From: Octopus sinensis
Lineage: Eukaryota
DNA: 64,000 nucleotides
Direction: 5' to 3'
Assembly (NCBI RefSeq): GCF_006345805.1
Contig: NC_043007.1
Span: 55,118,001 to 55,182,000, forward strand
Shown: positions 1 to 12,722 of the stretch, piece by piece
How positions within the stretch are numbered: position 1 is the stretch's first letter
How the letters are laid out: each line of letters starts with the position of its first letter
Position numbers and translations under genes: made by a program
Notes under the pieces: generated by a model
What the model saw: the letters and a program-made list of their open reading frames with translations, nothing else
Database searches by the model: none
What the model was told of the DNA's origin: nothing

Positions 1-298
1 ATATTTACTTTACATGAAGTATTACAATATTACGTTCTTTGATTATCTCCCTTGAAAACACATCGTTGGGACACATATAAATCTATATTGGCTCTTCTCA
101 TTGTTGATGCCGTCCCCTATATAGGTACAAATGTAATTCTTTCCTAAGTAAATTGCACTTCTTATTCGAGGCTCTGATGAAGCTATAAGGTGTTATTCAG
201 ACGCTTAACTATGAGCCCACTACATCTGATAGCAAAAGCTGCTGTAAGCAAATGAAGTTCATAAGATAATATTTTATTTCTTTGTTATCTGTCTTTCT

Positions 299-343
<45 letters not shown>

Positions 344-358
344 ACAAACATACACTCA

Positions 359-851
359 TATCATCATCATCATCATTATCACTTAACGTCCATCTTCCAT
401 GCATGCATTGGTAGGACTGTTGACAAGAGCCGGCCATGTAGAAAATCTACTCAAGGCTACTCTGTCTGTTTTGGCAGGGCTTTTATAGGAGGATGTTCTT
501 CCTTACTCCAACTTAGTGCTTTTTACGTGGCACTAGCACGGACGAAGTTAGTTTTGGCAAGATTTTTACAGCTGGATGCCCTTCCAGATGTAAACCACGT
601 TACAATGTGAACTGGAAGCTTTTAAGGTGGCACCAGCACTGGCAGAGTAACCAAATAGCTCACAAGACAAGGCCTTATGAGAGCGGCAGAGCATTTGTGC
701 CAGAGGATGAAAGTGTGACAAAAAGACAGAGAGACAGAAGCAGATGTCTTGTCACAACAGAGGGAGCATTAGACTGGGTGATCTAGTATCAAGTGATGAA
801 AAGTTAGGGTGTAACAAGAGAGGCATAGAGAAGGTACATAGTTACCCAGTG

Positions 852-882
<31 letters not shown>

Positions 883-1040
883 GATAGAGAGAGAGAGAGA
901 GAAAGAAGAGAGAGAGAGAAAGAGAGAAAGAGAAAGAGAGAGAGAAGATAGAGAGTGAGAGAGGTTCAGAAAAAGGCCAAAAACAAGTGTACTGATGTAA
1001 AGGTGATACTTGGTTACCTAATCACAGGAAAACCTAGAGG

Positions 1041-1138
<98 letters not shown>

Positions 1139-1871
1139 GGAAACAGCAAAAGTATAAGAGAGAGCAGAAGAGAGATGGTGTAGTGCTAGTGCAAGTAACA
1201 AGAATATGAGCGTAGAACCTGGTTAGAAAAATAGGGAGTGGGTGTGTGGAGCAGTGATACAGTGAGCACGACATTGAAGGCAAGAGAAGGATTGGAAAAC
1301 AATCATAATGTATGAGGAGAAAATGTGAGGAAGAGAAAGATGCAGTTAGGAGTTGTAGTTTGATTTCTTAGGTTACAATGGGTGAAAAATGTGTTGTTAC
1401 ATTTGGGTGGGACACAACTCTTCTACCACTCAGTTTTGTGGACGGGTCTTCCCTAGGACCTCATATCACCAAACATCTTGGTCTATTGTCATTTCCTCTG
1501 TGAGCCCCAACATCCGAAGATCAGCCTTCACCACTTAATCTCATGTCTTCCCGAGTCTCCCTCTTCCACAGGTACCATCCACTTTCAGCGACAAGCACTT
1601 CCGTATACAGCTGTCTTTACTCATACGCATCACATGTCCCAACCAACGCAGTTTCCTCTCCTGCATGCCACATTGAATCCTTCTTATGCCTAACTTTTTT
1701 CTCAACACAGTTGTGCTTTGTCGGTCATGCACACTGATGTTGAAAATCTAATGGAGCATTCTACCTTCATTCCTCTCCAGCCTACGCATTTCCTCCGCGG
1801 TCAGAGCCTATGTCTCACTATCATGTAACATAGCTGTTCTCACACAAGCATCATATAACCGGCCTTTCACC

Positions 1872-1956
<85 letters not shown>

Positions 1957-2463
1957 CTTTTGCTGCCAATAGAAGTAGTAGTTCTCTGAACTTCCTCCAC
2001 CTTACTCTTATTCTAGAAACAATACTTTCAGACCATCCACCACCGTTACTAATTCGGTCACCCAAATAGCAGCCTAAAAAGAGCCCCCTAAGAATTTGAG
2101 AGAGTTTAAGTCCCTCGTGCTCTTAGTACTTACTGTTCCTGCACATCTGCCACACACGAAAGCAACCTTATCTGATAATCTTCCCACGATTCCACTACAT
2201 CTCTTATGCGTCCATAGGTTACACTTAGAGCAGCGAATGGAATTGCATTCCACACCTTTCCTACATATTGAACAGGGCCATTTGCCATCCGTATTGAGAG
2301 TTTTATCCCATTTCTCGCTAACAACTATAGATGCAAGCCGAGTCATAGAATCTTTCCTCTCGAAACAGGTTTCAAGATACATAAGGAAAGGCTTGTAAGA
2401 AGAGGACTGAGTAGTGTGGATTATCTGATCGGAAAACACGTGGTAAATCATCCCCGGACACAA
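359..2463 (-). mobile_element. Decayed RTE-clade LINE, 3' part (PHD-like finger, C-terminal ORF region, 3' UTR, (ATG)n tail)
   Basis: Minus-strand fragments GKWPCSICRKGVECNSIRCSKCNLWTHKRC, VKGRLYDACVRTAMLHDSET, RKLRWLGHVMRM and VVKADLRMLGLTEEM match RTE C-termini. The element ends in ggacgttaagtgataatgatgatgatg at ~359-390 and is interrupted by (AG)n/(AGAT)n tracts. Confidence 0.8.
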
Positions 2464-2469
2464 GCCACA

Positions 2470-5390
2470 GTGGATCGATAAATGCTATAGCAAAGACCTC
2501 TTCCAAACAAGAAACTGCAGGTTATGAGACTGATGCATGTACTCGCAAGAAACCGAGGGTTCTGTGGCCAGCTGCTACTGAAAAAGTAAGATATAAAGTA
2601 TTTGAGAACAAGGTATGTAAATCTCTATATAAAATGACAGGATCTACAGTGGAAAAAAATGGTAAAGTTAGCAAGCTGAATACACGATACAGGAATGGAA
2701 TTATTTGGAGTAAAAAAAATATGAGACTCGATTGGCAAAAGAAAAGAGTGGACCAAGCAGGAAGAACAGGAAAGTAAAGCAGTTGAGGATAGAAAATAAC
2801 GGTTTAAGAAAGCGATGGAAATGTGCGGAGGAAGAAGTAAAACTTGGCCTCACGCAGCTGTACGAGGATTTAAAAAGAAAATGCGGGTTCGTGCAACGAA
2901 ATAGCTATCGATATCAGTGAAGACAAGAAAGCAAAAGGACTCGCGAACAGTTTCCGAAGAACCTGTACAGGGTTACGAAGAAGTTGTTCCCTGAATCAAA
3001 GAGTAGTACTTTATCGTGCCAACGACAACTGAAAGCTTATATCATAGAAATCTACAGCGATCCAAATCGTAGCCAGCCACTGCCACCTAAAAATGGACTA
3101 AAGCATCTCTTAAGAATTTCGAATTTCAAATCGGAAACAACAGGGAGAAAAAGGTGAATGAATTTGTGAGAAAAGTCAGAGCAAAGAGTACCCCAGGAGG
3201 TAATAGTTTCTCATATAAATGTATAAGTATTGCAATCATCTACGAAAAAATCCTCTTTGTCGTGTTTCGACAGCTTTGGTGTGAAGAAACTTTGGTAGAG
3301 GATCGGTATAAGATAGAAGGCATATACTTGCTAAAAGAAGCCAACGTGCTAACTATAAAACAGTTAGCACGATATCCTTATTGAATGTGGATGGCAAGAT
3401 CTTTATGGGTATTCTCTCAAAAAGGACAGTGATATATCAACAGAATAATGGATATGTTGATGAAGCTGTTCAAAAGGCTGGAATCTTTGGAATCCCTAGA
3501 TACATTGGGTATTGTTTTTCGATTTGGAAAGCAATCCAGGATGCCGCACGAATTGCTGATGAAAGACATGGACCACTTCCACATTCCGGAAAAAGTAACA
3601 AAATTAATGTGGATATATTATGACAATTTCGAGATGAGGTTTACACCTGGAAATTTAACAACAGATTGGCGCTGCTTGGAGATTGGCATTACTGCTGGCT
3701 GCACAATATCTGTCTCGTGGTTTATCCTAGTCATGGAGAACATTTTGAAAGCGGCAGACTTTTCGGAACAAATGACCCATGTACAATCACCTAATAAGGA
3801 CTTCATGGATGACGTTACACTTCTGTCGATGGACAAGCAAATTATGCAGAGTGCCCTGTTGAGGCTAGACGATTCAGAGCAAAAAAAAGTCGCGTAGTCT
3901 GAGATTTGTAAGGGGAGTACAAAAAGAAGTAAAGTTTAAAATACCAGGAGAAAGCATTCCAACAGTAAAAGAACTTAAAAGCTTGGAACGTATATATGCA
4001 AGAACATTGTCAGATAGGAATCGCGGGATGCAGATTATGAAACAAGCCGAGGATGGACTAACAGAAATTGTTGGCTCAAAGCAACCAGGGAAGCATTAAA
4101 GTACTTACAGTTCGGCTTATATTCATGTCTTTCGCGACCACTTTTGATATACGAGGACCCACTGTCACGAGTTCAAATCATTGAGTAAAAGTGCAATGTG
4201 TTCATTAGAAAGTGGCTAGACCTACCTCGGATATTGAACAGCTCAGCTCTCTATCGTAAAAGATGCTCGCTGCAGTTAACACTGGCGTCAATAGTGGAAA
4301 TTTATAATGATGCTGCCGAGAGAGTCGAAGGATAAAGAAATCAAGCGTAATCCACCAGATGTGAAAACAGCCAGGAAGTGGAAAGCAGAAGCAGAGATTG
4401 ATGATATCCTGTCTTCAGTTTTATATCGAGATATAGTGGATGCAACACAAATTCATCGGAAGTGACTTGGATTTGGTGCAGCTCGATTCAAACCGTTTTC
4501 AAGTATGATGCGGAGCGAACGCAGATTTGTTGTTAGCAACAACGTCAAAGCAAGGGAAACAAAGAGAAGAGAGCTTCATTTGATTCAATGCTCTCAACAA
4601 GGATTGATGACGAAATAAGAACACATTGTTGAGAGAAAAATATGTTGAAATAAAATATGGAAGTGGTCCATATCACGTCTAAAGTTTTCTGCTTCGTTTA
4701 TCCTACGATGTCTTGCCATCGCCAACAAACCTAGTTAGATGGAACGTATCAGAGAATGATAAATGTAAATGCGGAAAAGTCGGAACACTGAAATATATTC
4801 TTTTCAACCGTTCACTGGTATTGAATAGATATGCAGGGAGACGCAATCTGGTTCTTAAGGTAATCTTCAATGCTATAAAGAACCAAATTGCTCTCGTCAA
4901 CATTGACAAAAAACCCAACAAAAACAAAAAAAAACAACAGAAGAAAACAACCAGAGATTTCATTACCTTCGTGCACTCAGGGCAGCGGATCCGTTTGAAG
5001 AAGAAGGTTCCTGTGAGCGGTAAAAATTGAACGGCTATTTGGAGGTAGCTGCAAATTTACCAGGATGCTAAGGGTTCTTTCCCATTTCAGTTACGAAGAA
5101 ACCGGATTTTATATGCTGTGCAAGAAAGTAAGTAGCAAATCTAATCGAGTTAACGGTTCCTCATGAAGATAACATGGACGCTGCTCGGGCTCGAAAGATC
5201 GACCGTTATGAAAACCTCCTCGAGAAATGTGAAGACGCAGGCTGGAAAGCCACTGGATTTGGTTAAAAAGAGACGATGAGTAATGGCTATAAGAATATTG
5301 AGCTAAACTTAATAACCGCTTGATCTAGCAAACGGGGCCTCATTACACTTAGTGGGTCCCGGCGCGCTATGATGCCGTCGAGTGGAAGAC
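2470..5390 (+). mobile_element. Decayed restriction-like-endonuclease (RLE) non-LTR retrotransposon, HERO-like
   Basis: Frameshifted RT motifs KIFMGILSKR..VQKAGIFG, EIGITAGCTIS and DFMDDVTLLS. Zn-knuckle region KCKCGKVGTLKYILFNRSLVLNRYAGRRNLVL. RLE motif (KPDF..IELTVPHEDNMDAARARKIDRYENL) at ~5095-5250. The clade call rests on recalled motif similarity. Confidence 0.7.
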
Positions 5391-5413
5391 ATACAAATAG
5401 ATAGATATATAGA

Positions 5414-5463
<50 letters not shown>

Positions 5464-6269
5464 AAGAAGGAGAGAGAGACAGAAAGACAGAGAGAAAGAG
5501 AGAGAGATATGATGTATATATTTTTCAGATATATCTATTTGAAAATCTTTAGTATATTACAGAATAAACAAGCTAAGATGGATATCAATTTTAATTATTT
5601 TATTCAGGATGGTTACCATAAATGTTCCAAAATTGAAATTTGTTTTTACTATTGTTGTTACCCCACATATTTATTTTATTCATTTAAGAATTAGTGGTGG
5701 TCTCACCAAATAACACATTTTTTATGGTTTTCTTCCACATAGCATATTGTTGCTTTCTCAGAATCGGTAGAGTATCTGAGGAATATTCTGTGCAGCATAG
5801 TTATAACATTTTATATTCACCGTTCAAATCTCATCTCCGACAAGCGACTTCAAATATCTGGAAACGAAGATAAAAACTATATCGAACCTTATGTATATAG
5901 AGAACATGTCGATCAAGAGATCACACAAAATCGAATATAATAAGAATTCTTGAAAGTCAGTTTATTATGTACCAATCAAACAATGTAAGGTGTTCACAAT
6001 TTCGTTAATGTAAGAAGCAAGCACCGAATGTTTGGCCGTTTTGTACATATGGAGAAACTTGTTGGCAAATAAATATTAATTATGACGATTTGTACAAAGA
6101 CTGAAATGCGTGGTAATTTTTCTATAAATAGTTGAATTAAATGAAATTGAAATATAATTGGACACGAATGCAAAAAAGGAAAATATACAAAAGGAACAGG
6201 AAACAGAAAATATCTATTGTGAGATGTATTTAGTAATGAAGATTAAAATCATATTAAGTGATAGATATG

Positions 6270-6593
6270 TGCAACATGCTTCGTCAGCAGAAGTTCCACA
6301 AGAGCAATGGAAAACGATTACATACAGACAGAACCGAAACTACAGACATATAAAATATAATTATATACATACACACATACATACATACGTATACATACAT
6401 ACGTATACATACATACATACGTATACATACATACATACGTATACATATATACATACATACATATATACATACATACATACAAACATATATACATACAAAC
6501 ATACATACATACATACATACAAACATACATACATGCATACATATATATGTATTTCTTTGTATCGTCTATCTGGATGTTTTGAGTTCTTGTCCC

Positions 6594-6626
<33 letters not shown>

Positions 6627-6627
6627 G
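6270..6627. repeat. (ATAC)n/(AT)n microsatellite field
   Basis: Directly visible tandem repeats. Confidence 0.95.
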
Positions 6628-6629
6628 TA

Positions 6630-7847
6630 CAGAAGTTGGACAAAATAATGGAAAGAGCATCATAGCATCATAATTTTCAAATATCTATAAAACCTCCAAA
6701 AGCTTGTTTATTTTTGTGTTTTGATTTATCATTAGTGTTGCTTAATATGTTTTGCTAACATTGCTGTTCCTTTTCAGATATCAGAAGAAGGTGATTACGA
6801 TTTATTGAAATGACAGATCTAACGGACTTTCAAAGAGGTCAAATTGTTGGTGCTCGTATGGCAGGCGCTTGCCGAAATGTTTGGTTTATCAAGAAGTACT
6901 GTCTCGAAAGTAATGACAGCCTTTGAGAAAGAGGGAATGACTTCCTCGTCGAAACTAAACTTCGGAAGAAAACCCAAACTTTCAGATAGGGACCGTCAGA
7001 CTCTTACGCGAATTGTTAGAAAGGATCGCATACATACAGCTCCCAACATTACTGCAGAGTTTTCTGACCACTTTGAGAACCCAGTTCCCACAAAAACTGT
7101 TTGCCAGGACCTGCACAAAGCCTGATTTCACTTGAGGGCTGCAATCAGAAAACTACTCCTTTCAAAAACAAACGTTGCAAAGCGTTTAGAGTGGAGTAAG
7201 AACCTACAGAATTTATCCCTAGAGCAGTGGAAGAATGTTATTTCCGACCACCGAGTATACGTGTGGAGACAGCCAAAAGAAGCATTTGACCCAGACTGCC
7301 TTTATCCAATTGTTAAAATGGAGGAGGATCTGTGATGATCTGGTGGGGGTTATAACTTGGAAATCCATCTGCTCAATGGTTTTCCTTCATGGCAGAATTA
7401 ATAGTCAAGATCATTTAAGCATTTTATCTGATCAAATTCATCCTATGGCTGCGGAACCGTTTCCGGAGGGAAACGCCATATTCCAGGATGATAATGCACC
7501 AATTCACACAGCTAAAGTTGTTACTGAATGGCACGAGGAACATTCTTGTGAAGTTGAACATCTTTTCTGGTCGCCACATTCCCCAGATTTCAATATTTTC
7601 GAACATTTATGGTGCATTTTAGAAAAACAAATAAGGAGTCGATATCCTCCACCATCATTACTACAAGAATTGGAGACTATTTTAGCTGAAGAATGGACAA
7701 AAATTCCTTTGGAAATAATTCAAATTTTGTATGAGTCCATACCTCATATAAGTCAAGGTGTAATTACTGCCAAGGGCAGTCCTACCCCATATTAAAATAA
7801 ATTTGTTTGAAATTTTAAGGTGTTTCCATTATTTTGTCCAACACCTA
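6630..7847 (+). mobile_element. Full-length but frameshifted Tc1-family (DD34E) DNA transposon
   Basis: TIRs cagaagttggacaaaataatggaaa and tttccattattttgtccaacaccta, flanked by TA. Transposase pieces GRKPKLSDRD, FQDDNAPIH and WSPHSPDFNIFEHLW, with stops and frameshifts. Confidence 0.9.
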
Positions 7848-7969
7848 TATATACATAGTGAAACAATAACATCTCTATAAATACTTTCGCTATTATGTGG
7901 CTTCAATTTTAATTACTTTCATTATGTACCTATATATATATTAGTTTCATTTCTATTACTTTCAATATG

Positions 7970-7985
7970 TATTTATGTACATGTT

Positions 7986-8044
<59 letters not shown>

Positions 8045-8420
8045 GTATATATGTGCATATATATGTGTATATATATATGTATGTATATATATGCATGTAT
8101 ATATGTGTATATGTTTGTATATATATATATATGTATATATATGCATATATATATGTATGTATATATTTGTACCTATATATGTATATATATATTTATGTAT
8201 GTATATTTGTTTGTATATACATGTGTATATATATGCATGTATAGTTATGTATATTTATATATGTATATGTATATATGTGTATATATATATGTATATATAC
8301 GTGTGTATATATATGTATATATATTTGTCTATATATATATGTATATACATATATATGTGTGTATATATGCATATATATATATACGTATATATATATGTGT
8401 GTGTATGTATATATATATAT
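7970..8420. repeat. Degenerate (TA)n/(TG)n microsatellite field
   Basis: Directly visible; the ORF-track hits here are low-complexity artefacts. Confidence 0.95.
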
Positions 8421-9821
8421 AGACGAAGTGTTTTATTATTTTAGTAATCATGTAATTTCGCCTTAAATCTTAACTCTTTCCCGTCAGTTTTACTTAATTT
8501 AATATTATTTTGATTCAACATACCTTATCGACTGATGAACCGTTCTCTCATATTTTTTTGTAGCACATTTTATGCTCATTTTATTTGGGCGTTTTATTTG
8601 ATTAAAATTTGTATATTAGATTGTTGGAAAATTTTTTTCAATAGATTACAGTATATTATAGATAGAATAAACTCACTTATTATTGTTCTCATTTTAACTA
8701 AATTAACTAATCTGTTTTTGGCGTTGATGTATTTTTCTATAGCTACTTAAGCTATAGAAAAATACATCAACGTCAAAAACAGTAACTTGGTTGACTTAAA
8801 TAGTATATATTGGTAATACTTGTAACATATTAGACAGCTATTTTTGTCTCGGTAGGCAAAAGTTTAACCACAGTAGAAAATCATGAATCCCTAACATCAT
8901 ATTTCATTGTCACTCCAACTGTATCTTCCTTTTATAATGTTTATATGTCCATTCACCGATTGCCGGCTTTAGTTGACAATGGGTAGTTTACTGCTATATC
9001 ATGTTTGTTCTCTCTTATATTCTTCGCTGTATGGTAGCTCTAAGGAGAATGTGCTTGTGTTTATTTTCCTGATTTATGTAATCCTGTAGTCTGATTAAAT
9101 ATGAATCGATCAATACGCATTAATACACATCTTTATATTACGCATTATATTACGGAACACTTGCACATCTCAAACGATCATAAATTATGACTTAAAAACG
9201 TAACATTTTCCGCTCTTCCTTGTACTCCACACATATACACATACGCACCTACATTGCGTACATGTATACATATCATGTGTGTCTGTGAAAATTGCGTATG
9301 TGTGTGTGTGTGTGTCTGTGATGACACGCTGAATGTTATAGGTCACACATAAACCCTAAAACCTATTAAATGATCGAGTCTTTGAAAATTAAACCGTTAT
9401 AACCATTAGGTTTGCTTTGTGAGTAGCAGGGCAAAAATAAAGAGCACAAAAGACCGGATGAACCCAGTATAAGATCAACGACTATGTAGTAATAGGGCAA
9501 AGGGGCATAAAATTAGCCATAGTTTCTATGGCTTAGGTTTGACACAGGTTAGGATATTTCCTAACCTGTGTGATCACTAGTTGAAATATTTTGTATATTG
9601 TAACTGCATCGGATGTCGTACGTTGGAAACAGGGCTGTGTAGATCGATTCTTCTATGGGGCCATTAGTCTATCAGAGAGATTAATGAAACAAATCATGAA
9701 ATATATCCGAAGGAAATACTAGAGTAGATTGAATTCATCAAAATTAACGTTGTAATCTGATTGTATTAGAAAGTGTTATGCTCGCCATAATAATTTAATA
9801 ATATTTTGTGTGACTGTGTGT

Positions 9822-9897
<76 letters not shown>

Positions 9898-10009
9898 GGA
9901 GAGGGAGAGAGAGAAAGAAAGCAGGAAAAAGAGAGAGAGAAAGCGGGGTGAGCGAATAAATATGACAGTCTTCTACCATTTTAAAGTTAAGTTTAAGGCC
10001 CATTTCTAA

Positions 10010-10590
10010 GTTAGTAGTTGTGTATTCTTTCTCCATGCTTTTTCAATATCTGCACTGAGTGGATAATGCAAGAAGTAATACAAGAAGAAATACGTGGTTT
10101 GCATATTTCTAATCTAAGGTATGCAGACAATGGTGCCCTACTTGCTGGACTGCAAGAAATGATAGTCAAGAAGGCATCAAATACGCATGTCTCTATTTCA
10201 ACCATAAAGAAACAAAGTCATGGTAGAAGGAAAAGGAAAAGGAAAATGAGCAGTAAGAGGCTCTAACAGGCTGAATTCGAGCGCAAGTCTCTTATGAAGC
10301 CACACGAAAGAAAGAAAATAGGATACAGTTAGCCATGGCAAGAATGTCCATGGAAAAAACTTAATAACATCGGGACCAGCAAAAGTGACCAAACTAAGTT
10401 AAAAACAAAGTTAATGCAAGCACTCATTTGGCCAATAGGCATTTATGGTTACGAAGCATGGACTCTGAAAACATTCGATGAGAACATAATCAATGCGTTT
10501 GAAATGTGGGTGTAAAGGATAATGTTACGAATCACCTACAAGGAGCAACGGATAAATGAATGGGTGTTACAAGAAATGCAACGTTTGTTT
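10010..10590 (+). mobile_element. RTE/BovB-like LINE RT fragment
   Basis: CILSPCFFNICTEWIM..ISNLRYADN, then KLMQALIWPIGIYGYEAWTL..INAFEMW in shifted frames. Confidence 0.75.
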
Positions 10591-10591
10591 A

Positions 10592-10924
10592 TGAAAGTAG
10601 TGCTTTTCAGATTGCAGCCCTCTCGTGAAATGCGGCTTTGTACAGCTCCTGGCGAACAGTTTTTGTGAAAACTGGGTTCCCGAGGTGGTCATTAAGCTCT
10701 GCAGTAATTTTGGGAGATGTACTTTTGTGATCCTTTCTAACAATTTTAATTACCTTTTTCTGATGATATCTGAAAAGAAACAGCAATTTTAACAAAACAT
10801 ATTACGCAACACTAATGATAAATCAAAAAAACATAAAAATAAACAAGCTCTTGACGGTTTTATAGATATTTCAAAATTATGATGTTATGATGCTAGGTTT
10901 TTCCATTATTTTGTCCAACCCCAG
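10592..10924 (-). mobile_element. Internally deleted copy of the same Tc1 family as 6630-7847
   Basis: IVRKDHKSTSPKITAELNDHLGNPVFTKTVRQELYKA matches the 6844 ORF. The TIR tttccattattttgtccaac lies at ~10900-10920. Confidence 0.85.
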
Positions 10925-11196
10925 TATATGTGTATGCATGTATGTATATATGTATATGTGTGTATGTATATATGTATATGTTTGTGTTTATATGCAAATC
11001 TATCTATATATATGTATATATATATCATATGTTACATGTACCATGATAATTTTTAATTTAGTATGACCACACTACCCGACAAACGGTAACGTGAAACTTA
11101 GCTTTAATAAAAGCATATTATACTGCCTTCAGTATTCGCGTACTATTTTCCCACCGTGTTTTGCATTTATGTACTTAAATCATGTACAAACCGTGC

Positions 11197-11687
11197 TTTC
11201 TACGCATTTTAATCGAATTCTTCATGTGTTAAAATAGGCATCCTAACAGTAATGTAAACTTCATATAATCAAGTTATCCTTGGTCCAAAGAGTAGCCTGC
11301 GGTGTACACCTCGCGTGGATAGTTACTACTTCCGCGGTTCCGCTCGCTATGAAATATATGTAACCCGGGTTTTATTGACCCCATTCCTTAATTTTTGGAT
11401 TTTTATTCACTTGCCCGACAGCTCCGGTTGCCAACCGTTAATTATAAAATAACTTTTTTCAGCTTATCGTACTTCGATACAGGAAAAATTCACAACCTTC
11501 GGCACCAATAATACTTTCTACGCATTATGATCAAATCGTCCGTGTGTTAATATGGGCCTCCTAACTACATATAATCAAGATATCTTTGGTCTGAAGAGTA
11601 GCCTGCGGTATAAACCTCGCTTAGATAATTACTACTTCTGAAGTTCGTTATGAAACATTATTTAGCTCGGATTTTATCTATTCCATT

Positions 11688-11692
<5 letters not shown>
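11197..11692 (+). repeat. ~310-bp tandem unit (about 1.6 copies), each carrying a hammerhead-like motif
   Basis: Units begin tttctacgcatt at 11197 and 11515. The shared motif is ggt-CTGAAGA-gtagc...gytat-GAAA. Homologous to 26349-26870. Confidence 0.75.
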
Positions 11693-11778
<86 letters not shown>

Positions 11779-11782
<4 letters not shown>

Positions 11783-12026
11783 GTTGAAATTTATAGAAAA
11801 ACAAAAGACGAAAACAGGTGTTCAACAAGCAAGTGTATTAGTTTGACGCTTGGGAAAATGTAAAAGTCATTTACGTTTCGAGCCTACGCTCTTCAACAGA
11901 AAGGAAGAAGAGCGTAGGCTCGAAACGTAAAAGACTTTTTCATTTTCTCGAGAGTGAAACTAATACACTTGCTTGTTGTTTATATACATGTCTTCGTCTT
12001 TTGTTTTTCTATAAATTTCTACTATA
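11779..12026. repeat. Palindromic (foldback) mini-element of ~250 bp inside (TA)n
   Basis: Arms of ~115 bp are reverse complements around the 12-nt spacer aacagaaaggaa. Confidence 0.85.
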
Positions 12027-12210
12027 TATTATACACTCAACTATATATTAAACTGGTTGCCCCAGTTTGATCCTGACTGAACTTCCTACTCTTTGGACTT
12101 GCATTTCTGAACCACTTCACGAACATTCAGCACCTCTCCTCATCCACATACCAGCACTCCATCCGGATTACCACTGGATCTATTGACTCTAATTTCACTG
12201 GATTTTTCGT

Positions 12211-12254
<44 letters not shown>

Positions 12255-12255
<1 letters not shown>

Positions 12256-12722
12256 CATTATTGGTGAATTGAAGAAATGGAGCTGAACGCAGATTGAACA
12301 GAAATCGTTTTATTTCATTCTACACGTGTTTCGAAAGGCACAAATTACCAAAATCCGATTGAATAATGGGACCATATTGTGTCTTTCTCTTCAGGAAGAA
12401 AAAAGGAAATCCGTTGGAAAAACAAAAACAGAACAGAGGCAGAGCAAAAAACAAATCGAACTGTGCTCCTAAGAGCCCATGGCGAAACTGTTTATCAGTG
12501 TATGTTGAGAACCGGTGGCTGAAGAATTCAACAGGTCAGGCATCGGTCAAACATGTGGGTGAGGGTGTATGTTTTAATTTCAATTATCCGCACCAACGCA
12601 CGGTTGCAACGCCAGATGGTTGTACCTCCAACCGTGCTGTTCACTGCTGTGATTTTTGCTACTAAGGTATCGGTTAAACTTTTGATTAATCTACTACAAG
12701 ATTATTCATCTTTCTATTTCAT

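Noticed and set aside
7967-8466. Long Y/I/M/C/V-rich ORFs here and at 6158-6673, 27285-27635, 50229-50652 and 60967-63241
   Set aside because: Translations of (TA)n/(TG)n/(CA)n microsatellites, not genes.
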